Source: Chlorokybus atmophyticus (taxonomy: Eukaryota > Plantae > Mesostigma and Chlorokybus algae). Taken from it: a stretch of DNA of 64,000 bases. Within the stretch, counting starts at the first letter, position 1. Each line of letters opens with the position of its first letter. This document shows, one piece after another, positions 1 through 13,104 of this stretch. The position numbers were made by a program, and so were the translations under genes. Below the pieces are notes generated by a model that saw only the letters and a list, made by a program, of their open reading frames with translations, had not been told where the DNA came from and did not search any database. The DNA lies in assembly GCA_009103225.1 (NCBI GenBank), contig RHPI01002411.1, positions 1-64,000 of the forward strand. The letters run 5' to 3'.

Positions 1-1839
1 GTGCGCATACGTAAAGTTGCCCAGAGCTACAAATGCGCGCATGAACACGTGCAGTCTATGCAACCCAACATAGGCTGCACTGAACGGTGAAGCCTATGAG
101 GCGGTTGCCATAAGCCGGCTCATAGGCTGCACAGTGGACAGTGCAGTCTACGAGGAAGTGCTATTGGCAGGCTGATAGACCGCACATACCCTCTCCCTCC
201 GCTCACCTTGAGGTCCAGCAGGTGCACCGACTTGCAGCACCTCTTGGTCCTGCGCCCTGAGCACGGCAGCAGCATCGGGCTCCCCCAACCGACAATGACA
301 CCCGGGGTCACCTGTGCCGCAGTGCAGTGACGGTTTCACATGTGTCGAGTATGATGGATTACGTGCACAAACAACATGCGCACACACGCCCGCAGACAGA
401 AACCTGCACGTGCACACATGCACGCACGCACACGCATGGTTACGCGCACCCGCGGCTACAAGCTTAAGCATTGGGTGGGAGTGTACCTCAGCACATACAT
501 ACACATGTGCTTACTCTCACGGGACCTTGCAGGCGTCGTATATCTATCTTGCCAGCTGCTCGCTGCATGGCACTATCCATGCCTCGTCCGGCAAGCAACT
601 TCTGGTTGGCAGCACTAGGTTTGAGCCTCCGCCTGCTCATGACTTATGAAGTCAGCTTGTGGTGTACGAACCATGCAAAGCAACTTCTTATAAGCCTATG
701 GCTAGCCAATACACAGATGCGAGCACAAGGCAAGCTTGTTGCAGATTTCAACGTGCAGTTGCACTGCAGCGGTTGACAACAAGCAAACACGTGCATTGAC
801 AACATCTTGTCATACATACATGATCAGAACCGCCAGCACTTTCAATCACAGTCACCAGTAACTGCAGGCGAGAGACTGCACCCGTCATAATCTTACTAGT
901 AACACGCTAGCAACCACATCAGCCGCAACATGAATAATTGCGGCAGCAGCAGTCTGGCTGAGCGGCAGCCGCTGCACGTGCTTGCATGAAGCCTACAGCA
1001 GCTGCAATGCTGCGGTATACACATGCTTTGGCTGTCAGCAACAACCTTCAACCACCAAATAATGCTCAAAACTGCTGCCCGCACCACCCACCACCGCCGC
1101 CACCAGCTTGGACCGCAGCACCAGCAACGACAGCTCAATAGATAGAGGCGTTGACACTCCAGCAAGCGCGGATAGCTACAAGCTGCAGGCTGCTTGCGCG
1201 GTCTGCTGACGTACGTTTGAACCAATCCGCTGGGCAGCAGCCGGTCAAAGTATCATGCATGGTGCGGAAGCAATGCTGTGTACAGTACACAGTGTACTAC
1301 CAGTACAGTCTATCCTCGATAAGTCCATACCATCGGGAACACCTCTTTCTATGCACTTAACGCGGATATGCACTTACACTTACACTGCCTTATACTACCA
1401 ACAGAGCGCATTGGTGTTGGGCAAAACCATGCACTTATCGCGGATATGCACTTATCGATTATGCATTTATCAAGGTTAGACTGTACACTGTGTAGGTCCT
1501 GTGGCGATGCACGCGCCCAGCACTGGTTCCTTCGGTCGCAAAGGACGATGTCGGGTGCGCGGTACCGGACCAGTGCTGCTCCGGCTGGTACAGTAGGCCG
1601 CAGGGGTCGCGACCACCCCTGGTTCCAACAATTGAACCACGTGCTGACCAGTGCTCTACCGGTCTACAGGCTGCGGGGCACGCGACCAGCCCTGGTTTGG
1701 TCGATCGGACCATGGCGGGCCGGATCACCGGTGGTCCGGTCACGCCGGACCAGTTGCGGCGCTGGTAACCAATGGTAACCACTGCGTACCAGACGTAGTC
1801 TGCGTGCCTCCGACTGGTCCGCGCGTAAAAAGCCCTGTG
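1..1839. mobile_element. Right end of a CACAG-terminal (CMC/EnSpm-like) DNA transposon; left part outside window
   Basis: 1811-1839 is the exact 29-bp reverse complement of 55715-55743 (CACAGGGCTTTTTACGCGCGGACCAGTCG). Preceded by a GGACC/GGTCC/ACCAG-rich subterminal array (~1480-1810). 50-180 carries the CATAGGC/GTCTATG intron motif also seen at 57005-63660. Confidence 0.65.
1480..1839. repeat. Subterminal palindromic repeat array plus TIR
   Basis: Dense short inverted motifs (ggaccag/ctggtcc, accggt) ending in the 29-bp TIR; mirrors 55715-56080. Confidence 0.7.
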
Positions 1840-2069
1840 CAGCCTGTTCAATGATGCTGCATGCAACCATGCTCAACAAGCATACACAGCACAGTGGTAA
1901 GAGTAAAGCTACACCGCCAACGAAGTGACCAGAAGTGAACTAACTCAATAACCCGCGGCCTGTTGGCTCTGGGTCCTCAGTCTAGGTCCTACCAAAGACC
2001 AGACCGAACTGTACCAGTCCTAACTGCCTGCAGCCTATACATACAGCTGCAGTCTATGAGTGGCTTTTT

Positions 2070-3690
2070 AAGTACCAATGCAATAAGCTACAATAGGGCT
2101 AGTTAAGTTGACTACACAGTAGCACATAAGTGTCATATGCTACACATGTGAAGATCAAATGCAAGTCATGCTATATTCTCCACAAGGTTAAGTGCTTCTT
2201 GGGCATTGTCATTGACAGGGATATGCAATCTAGGACTGCCATGATTAGCCTATAATTTCATTAAGGATCCACATGTAAGCAACATATCGACTTTGCACTT
2301 GTTCCTGCTGTAGCCACAACTAAGTTTGGTATCCAGCTGACATTAAGGGAAAAGTAGTTGATGTGCAATCAGTTTGATTACCGTCTTTCTTTAATTTTAA
2401 TTATGGCCACAATCCGTACTTATTTTTTGTTAAATCATGTATTAAGGGGATCAATTTTAATGCGTGATCTAATCAGACATATGGCCGCAGTTCGCATAAC
2501 CACAAAATCGTATAGCAGGGAAGCTCGCTGCTCCATCGCAGGAGTGCGAACTTTCACGGACGAACTTGCCGGAATCGCAAACATCAACCTACGACCTAAG
2601 CACTGACCGACTAGACTACGGCGACACGAGACACTTCGCACCGCGTTTGTAAAATTATATCCTTTACATCGGCTGCTTCAATTGTCTCACATGCCGCAAC
2701 ACATGCATGCCAGGTGTATTGCATTCATGTATTACCGGTACGTAATGCACGTACCAACACCTGCATACAACAGCATTAGGCTACCCAAATCGGTAAACGA
2801 TACTAACAGGTGTATATTTATATGTGTGTAAATATATTATATATCATAATATTTTATTATTATCTATAACACATAAATATATATATATGTTGTAAGATAC
2901 ATAGTAAGGTATCATTGTCACAATATTAATATACATAATCATGCATCCTAATAGGATGCATGATTATGTATATTAACCAATTTAGACACCTAGATTAACA
3001 GCTAGGCACCGATAGGTGTTTTTTAATAAGTTATCCGCTTGCGGGTGGCCTGGGGACTCAAATCTAGCTTAGCGGCGCCAAATGTCCAATCACATTGTTG
3101 ATTGTCGGGCAAGCTGTTGCCATAAACTCCCTTTGTCACCTACCAAGTCGCGCCGGTGCATCTATATTAATAAAGTGGCTGCGTGATCATCAATAACATT
3201 ATTAAGGTAGGCTGCGGGCACGCGGGGACTTGAACCGGCGATGTATTAATGATCAGGTTGCAGAGATTGAGACAATTGTAATTTTGCGGTGTGACGACCG
3301 ACGTTATAGCTTTATAATGGCTTGATCCATGCGTCATTGACGGAACCAGTCAAGCACGTGACAAAGTTACCAGCTATCTTTCCAACCTTGATGCATTGTA
3401 ATGTAACCACTGTGTCCCCAACGGCGTCATGGAGGTGGTCAACATTTGCATAAACATCCGTACAGGTCTTTGTCATGATCATATTTGTTGATAATCCTCA
3501 CGCCCGATCCCTAACGTTGTTAGAGATCTGATACATAAACTGCGATCGGCCGATGGCCGTTTGTGAGAAGCATCAACTTATATAGGAATCTAGCCATCAT
3601 TTAGTTAGGGATCTTGCGAATCCCTAGCGAAATTCGTGCTAGATTTGTAATAAAGTTAGGGATCCGGCCAGACTTACCGAAACCCATTTC
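2070..3690. other. AT-rich non-coding island of unknown origin
   Basis: Visibly AT-rich relative to its flanks, (TA)n tracts, no recognisable ORF; contains a 25-bp perfect inverted repeat. Confidence 0.55.
2926..2976. repeat. Perfect 25-bp inverted repeat with 1-nt spacer
   Basis: TTAATATACATAATCATGCATCCTA-A-TAGGATGCATGATTATGTATATTAA read directly. Confidence 0.95.
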
Positions 3691-4436
3691 TACCGGTGAA
3701 GTCTGAGAGTGAGGCAGATCTGCTGAACAAGACTCAATACTCCTACAATACTTTGGTGGGGAGACTTTTCTACTAGTTGGTCAGTACCAGGCTTGACATT
3801 TCCCATGCCATGGGAATCTTGGCTAAATACATACATGTCTGCACCTACTGTGGAGCACTGGAGGGCTACAAAGGCGTGCATGCGCTATGTGGCTGGAACC
3901 TTCAATATTGGCACTACATTTGGTGGAGGACCTGCAGGTCTGAAGGGCTACTGCGATGCAGACTACGCAGGAGACTTGGACTCCAAGAGGTCTACCACGG
4001 GCTACACATTCTGGTCAAATGATGGAGTCATCAGCTGGAGCAGCAAGCTTCAGCCCACTGTCGCAGTGTCTACAGCAGAGGCGGAGTACATGGCTGCATC
4101 CAAAGCAATGAAGGAAGGGCTTTGATTGCGCAAGCTGGTTGTTGACTTGGGTCTGGACCGGACTGTGATTCTGATAAACTGCGACAACCAAAGGGCTATC
4201 CGGCTCTTAAAGCACCCCATTGCTTCAGATGGGTCCAAGCACATTGATGTCCGACATCAAGTGATGCATGAGTCGTGCATCACTTTGTGCGGGAGCGCGT
4301 GGCGCGTGGAGAGGTGGAGTTCCTCTATTGCAAGACCGAAGACTTGCTTGCAGACTTCCTAAACAAAGGTTTAACCCTTGTCGAGTTCCAGACCTGCTGC
4401 AAGGGTCTAGGCATCCAACAAGCTGCCTGCGTGGGA
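3690..4436 (+). pseudogene. Ty1/Copia RT C-terminus/RNase H remnant
   Basis: Frameshifted pieces: STRLDISHAMG, SAPTVEHWRATK, GYCDADYAGDLDSKRSTTGY, AEAEYMAA, CDNQRAI, KHIDVRH; followed by PPT-like GCGTGGGAG. Confidence 0.9.
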
Positions 4437-4816
4437 GTGTCGGGGTTTAGGCTTTGGTTTGGTTTAGCCGTCCTTAAACTCGGTCCAGTCATGTTTTGTC
4501 AGGATCTGACGGTTCTGACTTTAACCGTTTAGGGCTATTTTCGGGTCTGATATCTCTTAGACCTGCCTCGTATACTATTCTGAGCTTGTATATCAAGTTC
4601 TTGGAGTTGTGACCGTTATTGGGTATTAGGGGACGCCCACACATGTTTAACATGGTTCACTTTGCTTGTGCTCGAGTCTGGTGGCGGCGGTAGCTTTGCC
4701 CTGAGCGTGGTCTGCTGGTTGGGTCTGGCGTGGTCTAATCTGGTCTTGATTGCTTGCACAGACGGTTTGAGGGTGTTGTGTTGCGTGTCTACGCCTAGGA
4801 AGCTTGCATCTCAACA
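4437..4816 (+). mobile_element. 3' LTR of the Copia remnant
   Basis: Begins TGTCG immediately after GCGTGGGAG and ends TCAACA; sequence unlike the main Copia family LTR. Confidence 0.65.
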
Positions 4817-7800
4817 GGCTGTTGTTAGGCTGTTGTCACGTCATGTGATCATCAACAGTCGCCAATGCCATTGAACATGCCTGGACAGTTGCCAATGGAT
4901 TGTAGGCTATCTTTGCTGACAATCATCAATGCTTTGCATTGTTGAATGTCAGCAGTATTTATATTCGTCAATGCAGTTTATTGACTTTGACATGACAGTC
5001 GCCAACAGCCTGTACTGACCATTCTGTTTCCTATGCAGGCTGTCATGCCTGGTGCCCACACATACCAGCCTTCATCGGGCATGCCTACATCCAAACCGGC
5101 GCCCGGCCTATCGACATACCAACGCGCGCGCGTCCCTGACCAGTAGCTAGGTCATGACTTCAGGGTAGCCCACGACCATAGCCCCCATAGGCACCGCGCG
5201 TAGCTGTTCAGTTGTGAGTTGTTATAAGTTGCGTTTAATATCGAGTGACAATCGCTGTGCAAATAGCCTTGATATGACAGTTAGCTTATGTTTTAAACAG
5301 TCATAGTTTGACTTGTATAAGTAGTCATAGTGTTCACCGGATCAGCTGGTGACACTGTAAGTGAGAAAGCTAAGAGCTTGTGAAACGACTTGAACAACGA
5401 ACACGCCATCCTGGTTACCAAGAACCCCCTTGTGTGAGAGCCTGTGCATGCTCGTGTGTGCATCGTGCTTGTCATCATTGTGGGCTTGGTGTGCGTGGTT
5501 GCAGTGTGCTTGTTGGCATCAGTCAGGGCACAGTATCCATGTGTTGCTTGCTCATTCACCTTACTTAACAGTGTAACACATTTTTCGCTCATGCAAAGAA
5601 TTGTGTAAACAGCACTACCTATAGTAGTGGCTTGTTGACTCACAGTGTCACCCTCTTTGCTCAAGTAAGTGCGTTGCATTCTGCATCAGATAGTGCAGTC
5701 TGTATCTAGGGACACATCCCTGGGCATTCGTTATCACTGTCATTACATAGTGCGCACATAAGCACTAGTGTAGTGAGTGGTAGCGGCATCGAGACAGATG
5801 GTAGAGCACAAACACTCTACCTCGCATACACTTTCACCTTGGGACTATCTGTATGAGCAGGCCCACCCCGTTCTCTGCAATAGACGAGGGAGACCTCAGC
5901 AGCTGGAGGTCAACCCAACCTCCAACCTCACCTATGAGCGGACCAGTGACGGGAGCAACGATTGTAGCAGCAGAGGCCCGCGTGCTATCTCCGACTTCAC
6001 TCCGTTTCTGTCCACTCCACGGCATCGAGCTTCCCCACTCTCGTCCGACAGTGACGACTGCGGGATGGAGTCTTCTAGCTCAACCACGTCCCTGCGCTTC
6101 TTCGGATGCGCTGGCACCTCTTCTTTGGACGAATTCATCATCAAGTTCCATTCCAAGATGCGAGCAGGCACTGAAGAACAAAGACTGGTCAGATGAGATC
6201 TCTTTTCACATTGCTGCTCTGTATCTGAACCATGATGCACATGATGTCTGAAAGTCTATTGCTGAACTGCATCGAGTGGATGGTTACGGCGAGGTCGCCA
6301 GTACCATAGCACCTGCATCACTGCACCAGCCAACAGCCGTCTTTCCATCTGCCACTCCCGCTGCAGTTACTGGGCTGTCCATAGCTGCGGCCATGGACAG
6401 AGCAGAGGAGGAGGAACCAGAGTTGGTGATTGTCAACCTGACCGCTGCAAAGATTGATATCAAGGCGGCCGCGCGACGGGCCCGGATCCTAGACCGTTTG
6501 GCTGCCATCCTTGAAGAACAGCGAACTGCAGCCGTTGAAGTGGGCACGCCCCTACCTAGGGCAACACCTGGCTTGCGTGCGGGGGGCAGTGCTTTCACCC
6601 TCGGGTCAGTTGCACTGCGCGCACCAGCCATCACTGTAGGTGCTGCCATCTCTGACTCTCCACTCAAAGATCTATACGCGGCACTTTGTCGCACCTTCCC
6701 ACCGCAGACCACTAGCAAAATGGAGGAGTTGAGGCGGTTCCGGTGCAAGCCCAATGAGGACCCCCTACGCTTGTACTCCAGACTGGAAGGGCTGTTGAAG
6801 GACACTGACTACAAGATCGTCAGCGATGAAGCGGCAACAGTGGTATATGTCAACGAGTTGGATGCCACCCTTAGCGAGTCGACGCGCCTGTCCCTGAACT
6901 ACAGAAGGCCCCTTAGCTACACACTCAAGGAAGCGTTCGAGACTGCACAAGCCATCCATAAGCGCTTGGTGTATGAGAAGGCAATGCTGGACACCAACCG
7001 CAGCGCCTCACGGCCTGTAGCCAGCACAACTGTCGAGCCTCCGCGCCGCAAGCGTGGCCGCGACGCTCCACCAGCACGCGACAAAGGGAAACAGTCAGCG
7101 CATACTGCTTTGTTTGCCCCTGTGCTGTGTCATCGCTGTGGACGGCATGGGCACTAGTAAAGGGAGTGCACCGAAGAGTACTCAATGCTGGCTTGCGACT
7201 ACTGTCACAAGACAGGCCACTTGGAGTCAGTCTGCTGGCTCAAGTTCCCCGAGTTGAGACCCGTCAACAACCACAACAGCAACAACACTGGAGGCCACGA
7301 CGGCAACAACTCTGGTGGCTACAACGGCAACAACACTGGAGGCCACAACGGCAACAACTCTAGTGGCTACAACAGCAATCACACCGGCGGCCATAACCAC
7401 GCCAGCAACTACGCCAACGCTCGCAAGGAAGAGCAAGGCTACAGGGGGAAGAATCGCCCTCCTCAGCGTAAGGGACTGGAAGGACGTCCGCGCGCTGCTG
7501 CTGTTGCCGCCAAGGCTCCAGCGCAACCGCCAGCTGATGACCATATGGCTGCCTTCATGGCACGTATGGCACGCTTGGAGGAAGACAAAGAGAAGGACTA
7601 CCGCGCCTGTTACTCCGCCCGATGGGCACTGATGGCTCCAAAGCGCACGAGAGACACCAGCACCCCGTCGCGTATTCAACCATCCCAGCGAGCTCGAGGG
7701 GAAGCCACAACATCGTCAGCAGCCACCTCCTTTGAAGCCACTAGTGGTGCTACACCAGCCGCAACGGTCACACCGGCTACGACGGCAACTCCGTCAACGC

Positions 7801-8512
7801 CAGCAGCAGCTGCTCCAATCTCTCCGAAACCTGGTACATCAGTGAGCACAGTCGCGCCCATACTGGTGAGCATGCAAGCCACAGCCACTGCTGTCACCGA
7901 CCCTGCAGCAGTAGGTCGCCCCAGTCCCGCTCCAACCGCAGAACCACCTGTGCCAGCAGGCTTGAAGACCGCTCTTGCGCCATTGAGCGGCACTCTCGCC
8001 ACCACCGACAGTGCCATCGTCAAGCCTGCTGCCGCTGCAGCAACACGCTCAGCTACATTGCCCGCCCTCGACGTCACTCAGTCCGTCTCGCGAGGTCAGC
8101 AAGCTGAGCGTGCATGGGAGACCATCATGCGTGGGGCAAATCCCACTACCATTGCATTTGGGCGCGGAGGGGAGCGCACAACACGTGTTGAACGCAGTGA
8201 TCGAGTTTTCCCACTGCCTGAATATCACACGCTGCCGGAACAGACTCAGCGTCAGCTGGAGGATGAAATCCTCACCGGCACGGCACCTCCCATACGAGAC
8301 CGTGTCTTCGTTGTCAGACCGCCTGTTGTACTGGAGCTGGCACTGCAGCTGTTCTGAACTCTGCATAACAATATGCAGACGGCGCCACGCCAACCCTCAC
8401 CGGTTCGTTGTGAACCCTTTGAGCCCATCCCACTGGACACGTATAGGGACCGGCAACCCAATGTACAGCAGCACATCGCTGATACCGCCGACATGCCTCT
8501 AGGTGACAACGA

Positions 8513-8936
8513 TGTTGAGAGTATTCCTACATACGATCAGCATTGACCCTCCACACAGGAGTAGAAGGTCGTAAGGACGAGCACTTGGTCCGGACTTAGC
8601 AAGATGGCATCGTCGGACCAGACTCCGGACTCCAGACTGGAGCCTTCCTAACTGCTTCGTATCTCCGCGTATACTTACTCATATAAGGCGTGTAAGAGCT
8701 TGTTGGAAAGCTCTGGTTGTAAGAAAGACAACGCAGCTTAGAGCGCGTCAAAAGACTGAGTATAGCTTACGCAGTGCTTGCAAACGTAGACGTGTGTGTA
8801 ACTGGCTGGTATAAGAACCAGCAAACAACTTGTAATAGATGAATGTGATGTGACTTGTGTATGCTCTGGTGGCGGTAGCTCTGTCCGTGTGTATCTATGC
8901 TTGCCTCAACTACATGTGCATGCTAGTCCTTCAACA
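8513..8936 (+). repeat. Copia family A LTR (5')
   Basis: TGTTGAGAG...TTCAACA, near-identical to the other family A LTRs. Confidence 0.95.
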
Positions 8937-8950
8937 GGTTATGGGCCCAC
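8937..8950 (+). promoter_or_regulatory. Primer-binding site GGTTATGGGCCCAC (internal/half tRNA-iMet type)
   Basis: Directly after the LTR; repeated at 13529-13542; resembles the PBS known from Drosophila copia and Volvox Osser. Confidence 0.75.
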
Positions 8951-9884
8951 ACTACGCTTGAGGAGTGTGAGACTAGCTTGTGTGCATTAGTAGTTCTACA
9001 CTACGGTAGCTTGTTAGTAGCAGAGCCTTGGGTGTCAACTGCAAGAAAAGGCAGGCTCGACAAAGATGGAGGCGACCTACAACAAGGGGCAGATTGCAAA
9101 GCTGGACACCGACAACTACAACACATGGTGCGTGGAGATGAAAGCCTTGCTCATCCACAAGAAGGTGTGGAAGTACGTTGATCCGAAGGCACCACCACCA
9201 ACACCAGGAGCGAACACTGTGTGGTCAGAGCATTCAGCAGAAGCACACTCTTTGCTTGTGTTGAACAGCAAACCGCATCACTTTCCCATGCTCACTGCAT
9301 GTGAAGATGGTAGNATGAAGATGAAGCACAGCCGGAGCAACCTGAAACATGTTGAAGGACTAGCATGCACATGTAGTTGAGGCAAGCATGGACACACAGA
9401 GACAGAGCTACCGCCACCAGAGCATACACAAGTCACATCACATTCATCTATTANAACCTCATCAACGTCGGCCACAACATGGGGGAGACGGAGGTAGTGC
9501 TGGCCATTGTTGCAGGGCTACCAGCAGAGTACGAGGTCGTTGCAACCCTGCTGGAGACGTCATCATCGGAGTTGACATTGGACGATGTGCTACCGAAGCT
9601 GCTCACCGTGGAGCAGAGGGTTGTGAGGAAGGACGAGCAAGCGGATGCCGTCGCCTTCTACACCGGCAAGCACGCAAAGAAGAGCAACCATGAAGAGAAG
9701 AACAAGGGCAACAAGCCAGNCAGTATACGCGGAGATACGAAGCAGTTAGTAAGGCTCCAGTCTGGAGTCCGGAGTCTGGTCCGACGATGCCATCTTGCTA
9801 AGTCCGGACCTAGTGCTCGTCCTTACGACCTTCTACTCCTGTGTGGAGGGTCGATGCTGATCGTATGTAGGAATACTCTCAACA

Positions 9885-10383
9885 NNNNNNNNNNNNNNNN
9901 NNNNNNNNNNNNNNNNNNNNNNNNNNNNNNNNNNNNNNNNNNNNNNNNNNNNNNNNNNNNNNNNNNNNNNNNNNNNNNNNNNNNNNNNNNNNNNNNNNNN
10001 NNNNNNNNNNNNNNNNNNNNNNNNNNNNNNNNNNNNNNNNNNNNNNNNNNNNNNNNNNNNNNNNNNNNNNNNNNNNNNNNNNNNNNNNNNNNNNNNNNNN
10101 NNNNNNNNNNNNNNNNNNNNNNNNNNNNNNNNNNNNNNNNNNNNNNNNNNNNNNNNNNNNNNNNNNNNNNNNNNNNNNNNNNNNNNNNNNNNNNNNNNNN
10201 NNNNNNNNNNNNNNNNNNNNNNNNNNNNNNNNNNNNNNNNNNNNNNNNNNNNNNNNNNNNNNNNNNNNNNNNNNNNNNNNNNNNNNNNNNNNNNNNNNNN
10301 NNNNNNNNNNNNNNNNNNNNNNNNNNNNNNNNNNNNNNNNNNNNNNNNNNNNNNNNNNNNNNNNNNNNNNNNNNNNNNNNNNN
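9885..10383. other. Assembly gap (N run)
   Basis: Run of N; single N joins also at 9313, 9453 and 9720. Confidence 1.
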
Positions 10384-10395
10384 GACATTCAAGCC

Positions 10396-13062
10396 ATGGT
10401 GGTGAAGGACAAGGAGTCGCCAACATTGTGGCATCGAAGGTTCGGGCATCTCAGCTACGTCAACCTCACGCGCCTTGTCGCTGAGAAGATGGTCAAGGGC
10501 ATCCATCTCATCACTGAAGAACACAAGAATGCATCAGGTGCACTTTGTGAACCATGCCTGGTTGCAAAGCAGCATGCTATGCCATTCCCATCATCCTCTT
10601 CTAGCAGTCAGCGTCCTTGCGAGCTTGTGCACATGGATGTCTGTGGCCCTATGCGCATTGTGGCGAAGGGAGGGGCCAGGTACTTTGCTACATTCCTCGA
10701 CGACTACAGCAAGCTGTCCATCATCTTTCCATTGACGCTCAAGTCAGAAGTTGCTGGAGCTGTGCGCACAGTTGTGGCCTTGTTGGAGACGCAGTCTAGC
10801 AACAAGATGAAGGCAATGAGGAGTGATCGAGGAGGGGAGTACATCAACAAGGAGTTGAAGGAGTTCTTCGCCAGCAAGGGCATACGCCACGAGACAACGG
10901 CACCCTACACCCCGCAGCAGAATGGAGCAGCTGAACGCCTCAACAGGACACTCTTGGAGCGTGTTCGAGCCATGCTCAACGACACAAAGATGGAAGACAG
11001 TTTGTGGAAGGAGGCGGTACTCACTGCCAACTACATCCGCAACAGGTCTCCGGTGAGCTCAGAGCAGAAGACTCCGTGGGAGCACTTCTATGGAGCCACA
11101 CCAGATGTGAGTGGTATGCGTGTGTTTGGATGCACGGCATATGCACTAGTGCCTAAACAGCTCAGGCACAAGCTGGAGCCGGTCAGCAAGAAGGGCATCT
11201 TCGTTGGCTATGAACCGGGTTCCAAGGCTTACAGGATCTTGCTCGAGGACACTCAGAAGATCATCGTGAGCAGAGAGGTGGTTTTCCACGAGGGATTATC
11301 ACAACCAGAAGCAGGCTTCTTTCCTGAAGATGAAGCACAGCCGGAGCATCCTGAAACAGTGGAGGCTACAGGCAAGGCCATCATCGACGATAAGGGTGAG
11401 CAGGACTCCACTGTAGCAGACAAGCAGTCGCACCTGCAGCAGGAGCACGCAGCTCGGAGATACCCAGTGAGGGAGAGAAAGGCACCTGACTTCTTACACA
11501 AGGCACACGTCGCCAGTGTGCAGAATGAGGAGCCAAGCACCTACGAGGAGGCATTGTTAGCACCAGATGCGGAGCAATGGCAGCGTGCTATGGACGAGGA
11601 GATTGCGTCACTCCATGCCAACAACACTTGGTCACTGGAGCAGTTACCGCAAGGAGTGAAGACCATTCCAGTGAAATGGGTCTTCAAGGTGAAGCGTGAT
11701 GGTCAGGGCAACATTGAGCGCTACAAGGCAAGACTGGTGGCAAAGGGCTTCTTGCAGCAGGAAGGTGTGGACTTCAACGAAGTGTTTGCACCTGCAAGTA
11801 AGCATACCACCTTCCGTGCACTGCTAGCTGTGGTTGCTGCTGAGGACCTCGAGCTGCATCACCTGGATGTGAAGACTGCCTTCCTCTACGGAGAGCTGGA
11901 GGAGGAGATCTTCATCGAGCAACCACCTGGATATGAAGAAGGGGAGAGAGGCACAGCGTGCAAGCTGATCAAGGCACTGTACGGGCTGCGACAGGCACCG
12001 CGTATGTGGCACATCAAGCTCACCAAGGAGCTGGAGGCACTTGGCTTCACCGCATCCTCTGCAGACCCTGGGCTCTTCATCCATGCAGACAACAAGGTCT
12101 GGCTGCTCGTGTATGTTGATGATATCATCATCACCGCCAGGCAGGTGCACCACCTGCAGGAGACGAAACTTGCTCTACAGCAAGCATTCTCAGTTCGTGA
12201 TCTTGGAGAGGCCAAGTGGTTCCTTGGCATGGTGATTGAGCGCGACAGGGCGGCTCGCACAATCAAGATCAGTCAGGAGCAGATGGTGAGAAGACTCGTC
12301 ACCAAGTTTGGGCTCACTGAAGCGAAGACCAAGACCACACCGTTGGCACTTGGCACTGCCCTCATCAAGGCAAAGGATGAGGAGGTACTCGACAAGGCTC
12401 AGTATCCATATGGTGAGCTGGTAGGCAGCATGCTCTATCTGGCAGTGTGCACACGTCCCGATGTTGCACATGCTGTGGGAGTACTTGCTCGCTACATGTC
12501 TGCACCGAGCATGGAGCACTGGAGAGCAGCAAAGGGAGTACTACGCTATGTTGCTGGGAGCGCAACAGTTGGCATCAAGTTTGGGAGCGGGAGCACTGAG
12601 TTGGAGGGCTACTGCGACTCGGACTTTGCTGGTGACCTCAACAGCAGGAGGTCCACTACAGGCTACGTCTTCAAGCTGAACGGAGGCGTGGTGAGCTGGA
12701 ACAGCAGGCTGCAGCCAACAACAGCAGCATCTACATCAGAGGCTGAGTACATGGCAGCGGCAGCAGCAGTGAAGGAGGCACTCTGGCTTCGCAAGCTCAT
12801 GGCAGACTTGGAGCACCCCATGGCGTGCATCGTCATCAACTGTGACAACCAAGGAGCCATCAAGTTGTTGAAGCACCCTATCGCCTCGGCAAGGACGAAG
12901 CACATTGATGTCATGCATCACTTTGTGCGTGACAGAGTCACAAGGAAGGAGGTGGAGTTCCAGTACTGCAACACCGAGGGCATGCTGGCGGACTTCATGA
13001 CAAAGCCATTGTCACCACTCAAGTTCAAGACTTGTTGTGCAGGACTTGGCATCTGTGTTTGA
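10396..13062 (+). CDS. Copia pol (GAG-pre-integrase, integrase, RT, RNase H); 5' part lost in the gap
   Basis: LWHRRFGH, HMDVCGP, RSDRGGEY, NGAAERLNR, YKARLVAKG, LDVKTAFL, YVDDII, DSDFAGD, SEAEY; uninterrupted 888 aa. Confidence 0.95.
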   Translation: MVVKDKESPTLWHRRFGHLSYVNLTRLVAEKMVKGIHLITEEHKNASGALCEPCLVAKQHAMPFPSSSSSSQRPCELVHMDVCGPMRIVAKGGARYFATFLDDYSKLSIIFPLTLKSEVAGAVRTVVALLETQSSNKMKAMRSDRGGEYINKELKEFFASKGIRHETTAPYTPQQNGAAERLNRTLLERVRAMLNDTKMEDSLWKEAVLTANYIRNRSPVSSEQKTPWEHFYGATPDVSGMRVFGCTAYALVPKQLRHKLEPVSKKGIFVGYEPGSKAYRILLEDTQKIIVSREVVFHEGLSQPEAGFFPEDEAQPEHPETVEATGKAIIDDKGEQDSTVADKQSHLQQEHAARRYPVRERKAPDFLHKAHVASVQNEEPSTYEEALLAPDAEQWQRAMDEEIASLHANNTWSLEQLPQGVKTIPVKWVFKVKRDGQGNIERYKARLVAKGFLQQEGVDFNEVFAPASKHTTFRALLAVVAAEDLELHHLDVKTAFLYGELEEEIFIEQPPGYEEGERGTACKLIKALYGLRQAPRMWHIKLTKELEALGFTASSADPGLFIHADNKVWLLVYVDDIIITARQVHHLQETKLALQQAFSVRDLGEAKWFLGMVIERDRAARTIKISQEQMVRRLVTKFGLTEAKTKTTPLALGTALIKAKDEEVLDKAQYPYGELVGSMLYLAVCTRPDVAHAVGVLARYMSAPSMEHWRAAKGVLRYVAGSATVGIKFGSGSTELEGYCDSDFAGDLNSRRSTTGYVFKLNGGVVSWNSRLQPTTAASTSEAEYMAAAAAVKEALWLRKLMADLEHPMACIVINCDNQGAIKLLKHPIASARTKHIDVMHHFVRDRVTRKEVEFQYCNTEGMLADFMTKPLSPLKFKTCCAGLGICV

Positions 13063-13104
13063 CTACAGGAGCAAGCGTTGGAGGTCAAGCTGCTCGCGTG
13101 GGAG

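Noticed and set aside
3040-3240. Two B-box-like motifs on the minus strand (GGGGACTCAAATC, GGGGACTTGAACC)
   Set aside because: No A box, and the T-stem does not pair; not supportable as tRNA.
5628-5747. Possible 5' LTR of the plus-strand Gypsy (TGGCTTGTTGACT...CTGTCATTACA)
   Set aside because: Only the ends resemble 19533-19738 and the lengths differ; no LTR pair or TSD could be shown.
9313-9884. Reverse-oriented LTR pieces and a gag fragment inside the first Copia unit
   Set aside because: The pieces are joined by single Ns and end at the N gap; most likely scaffolding artefacts. The N-free junction at 9348/9349 may derive from a real nested insertion elsewhere.
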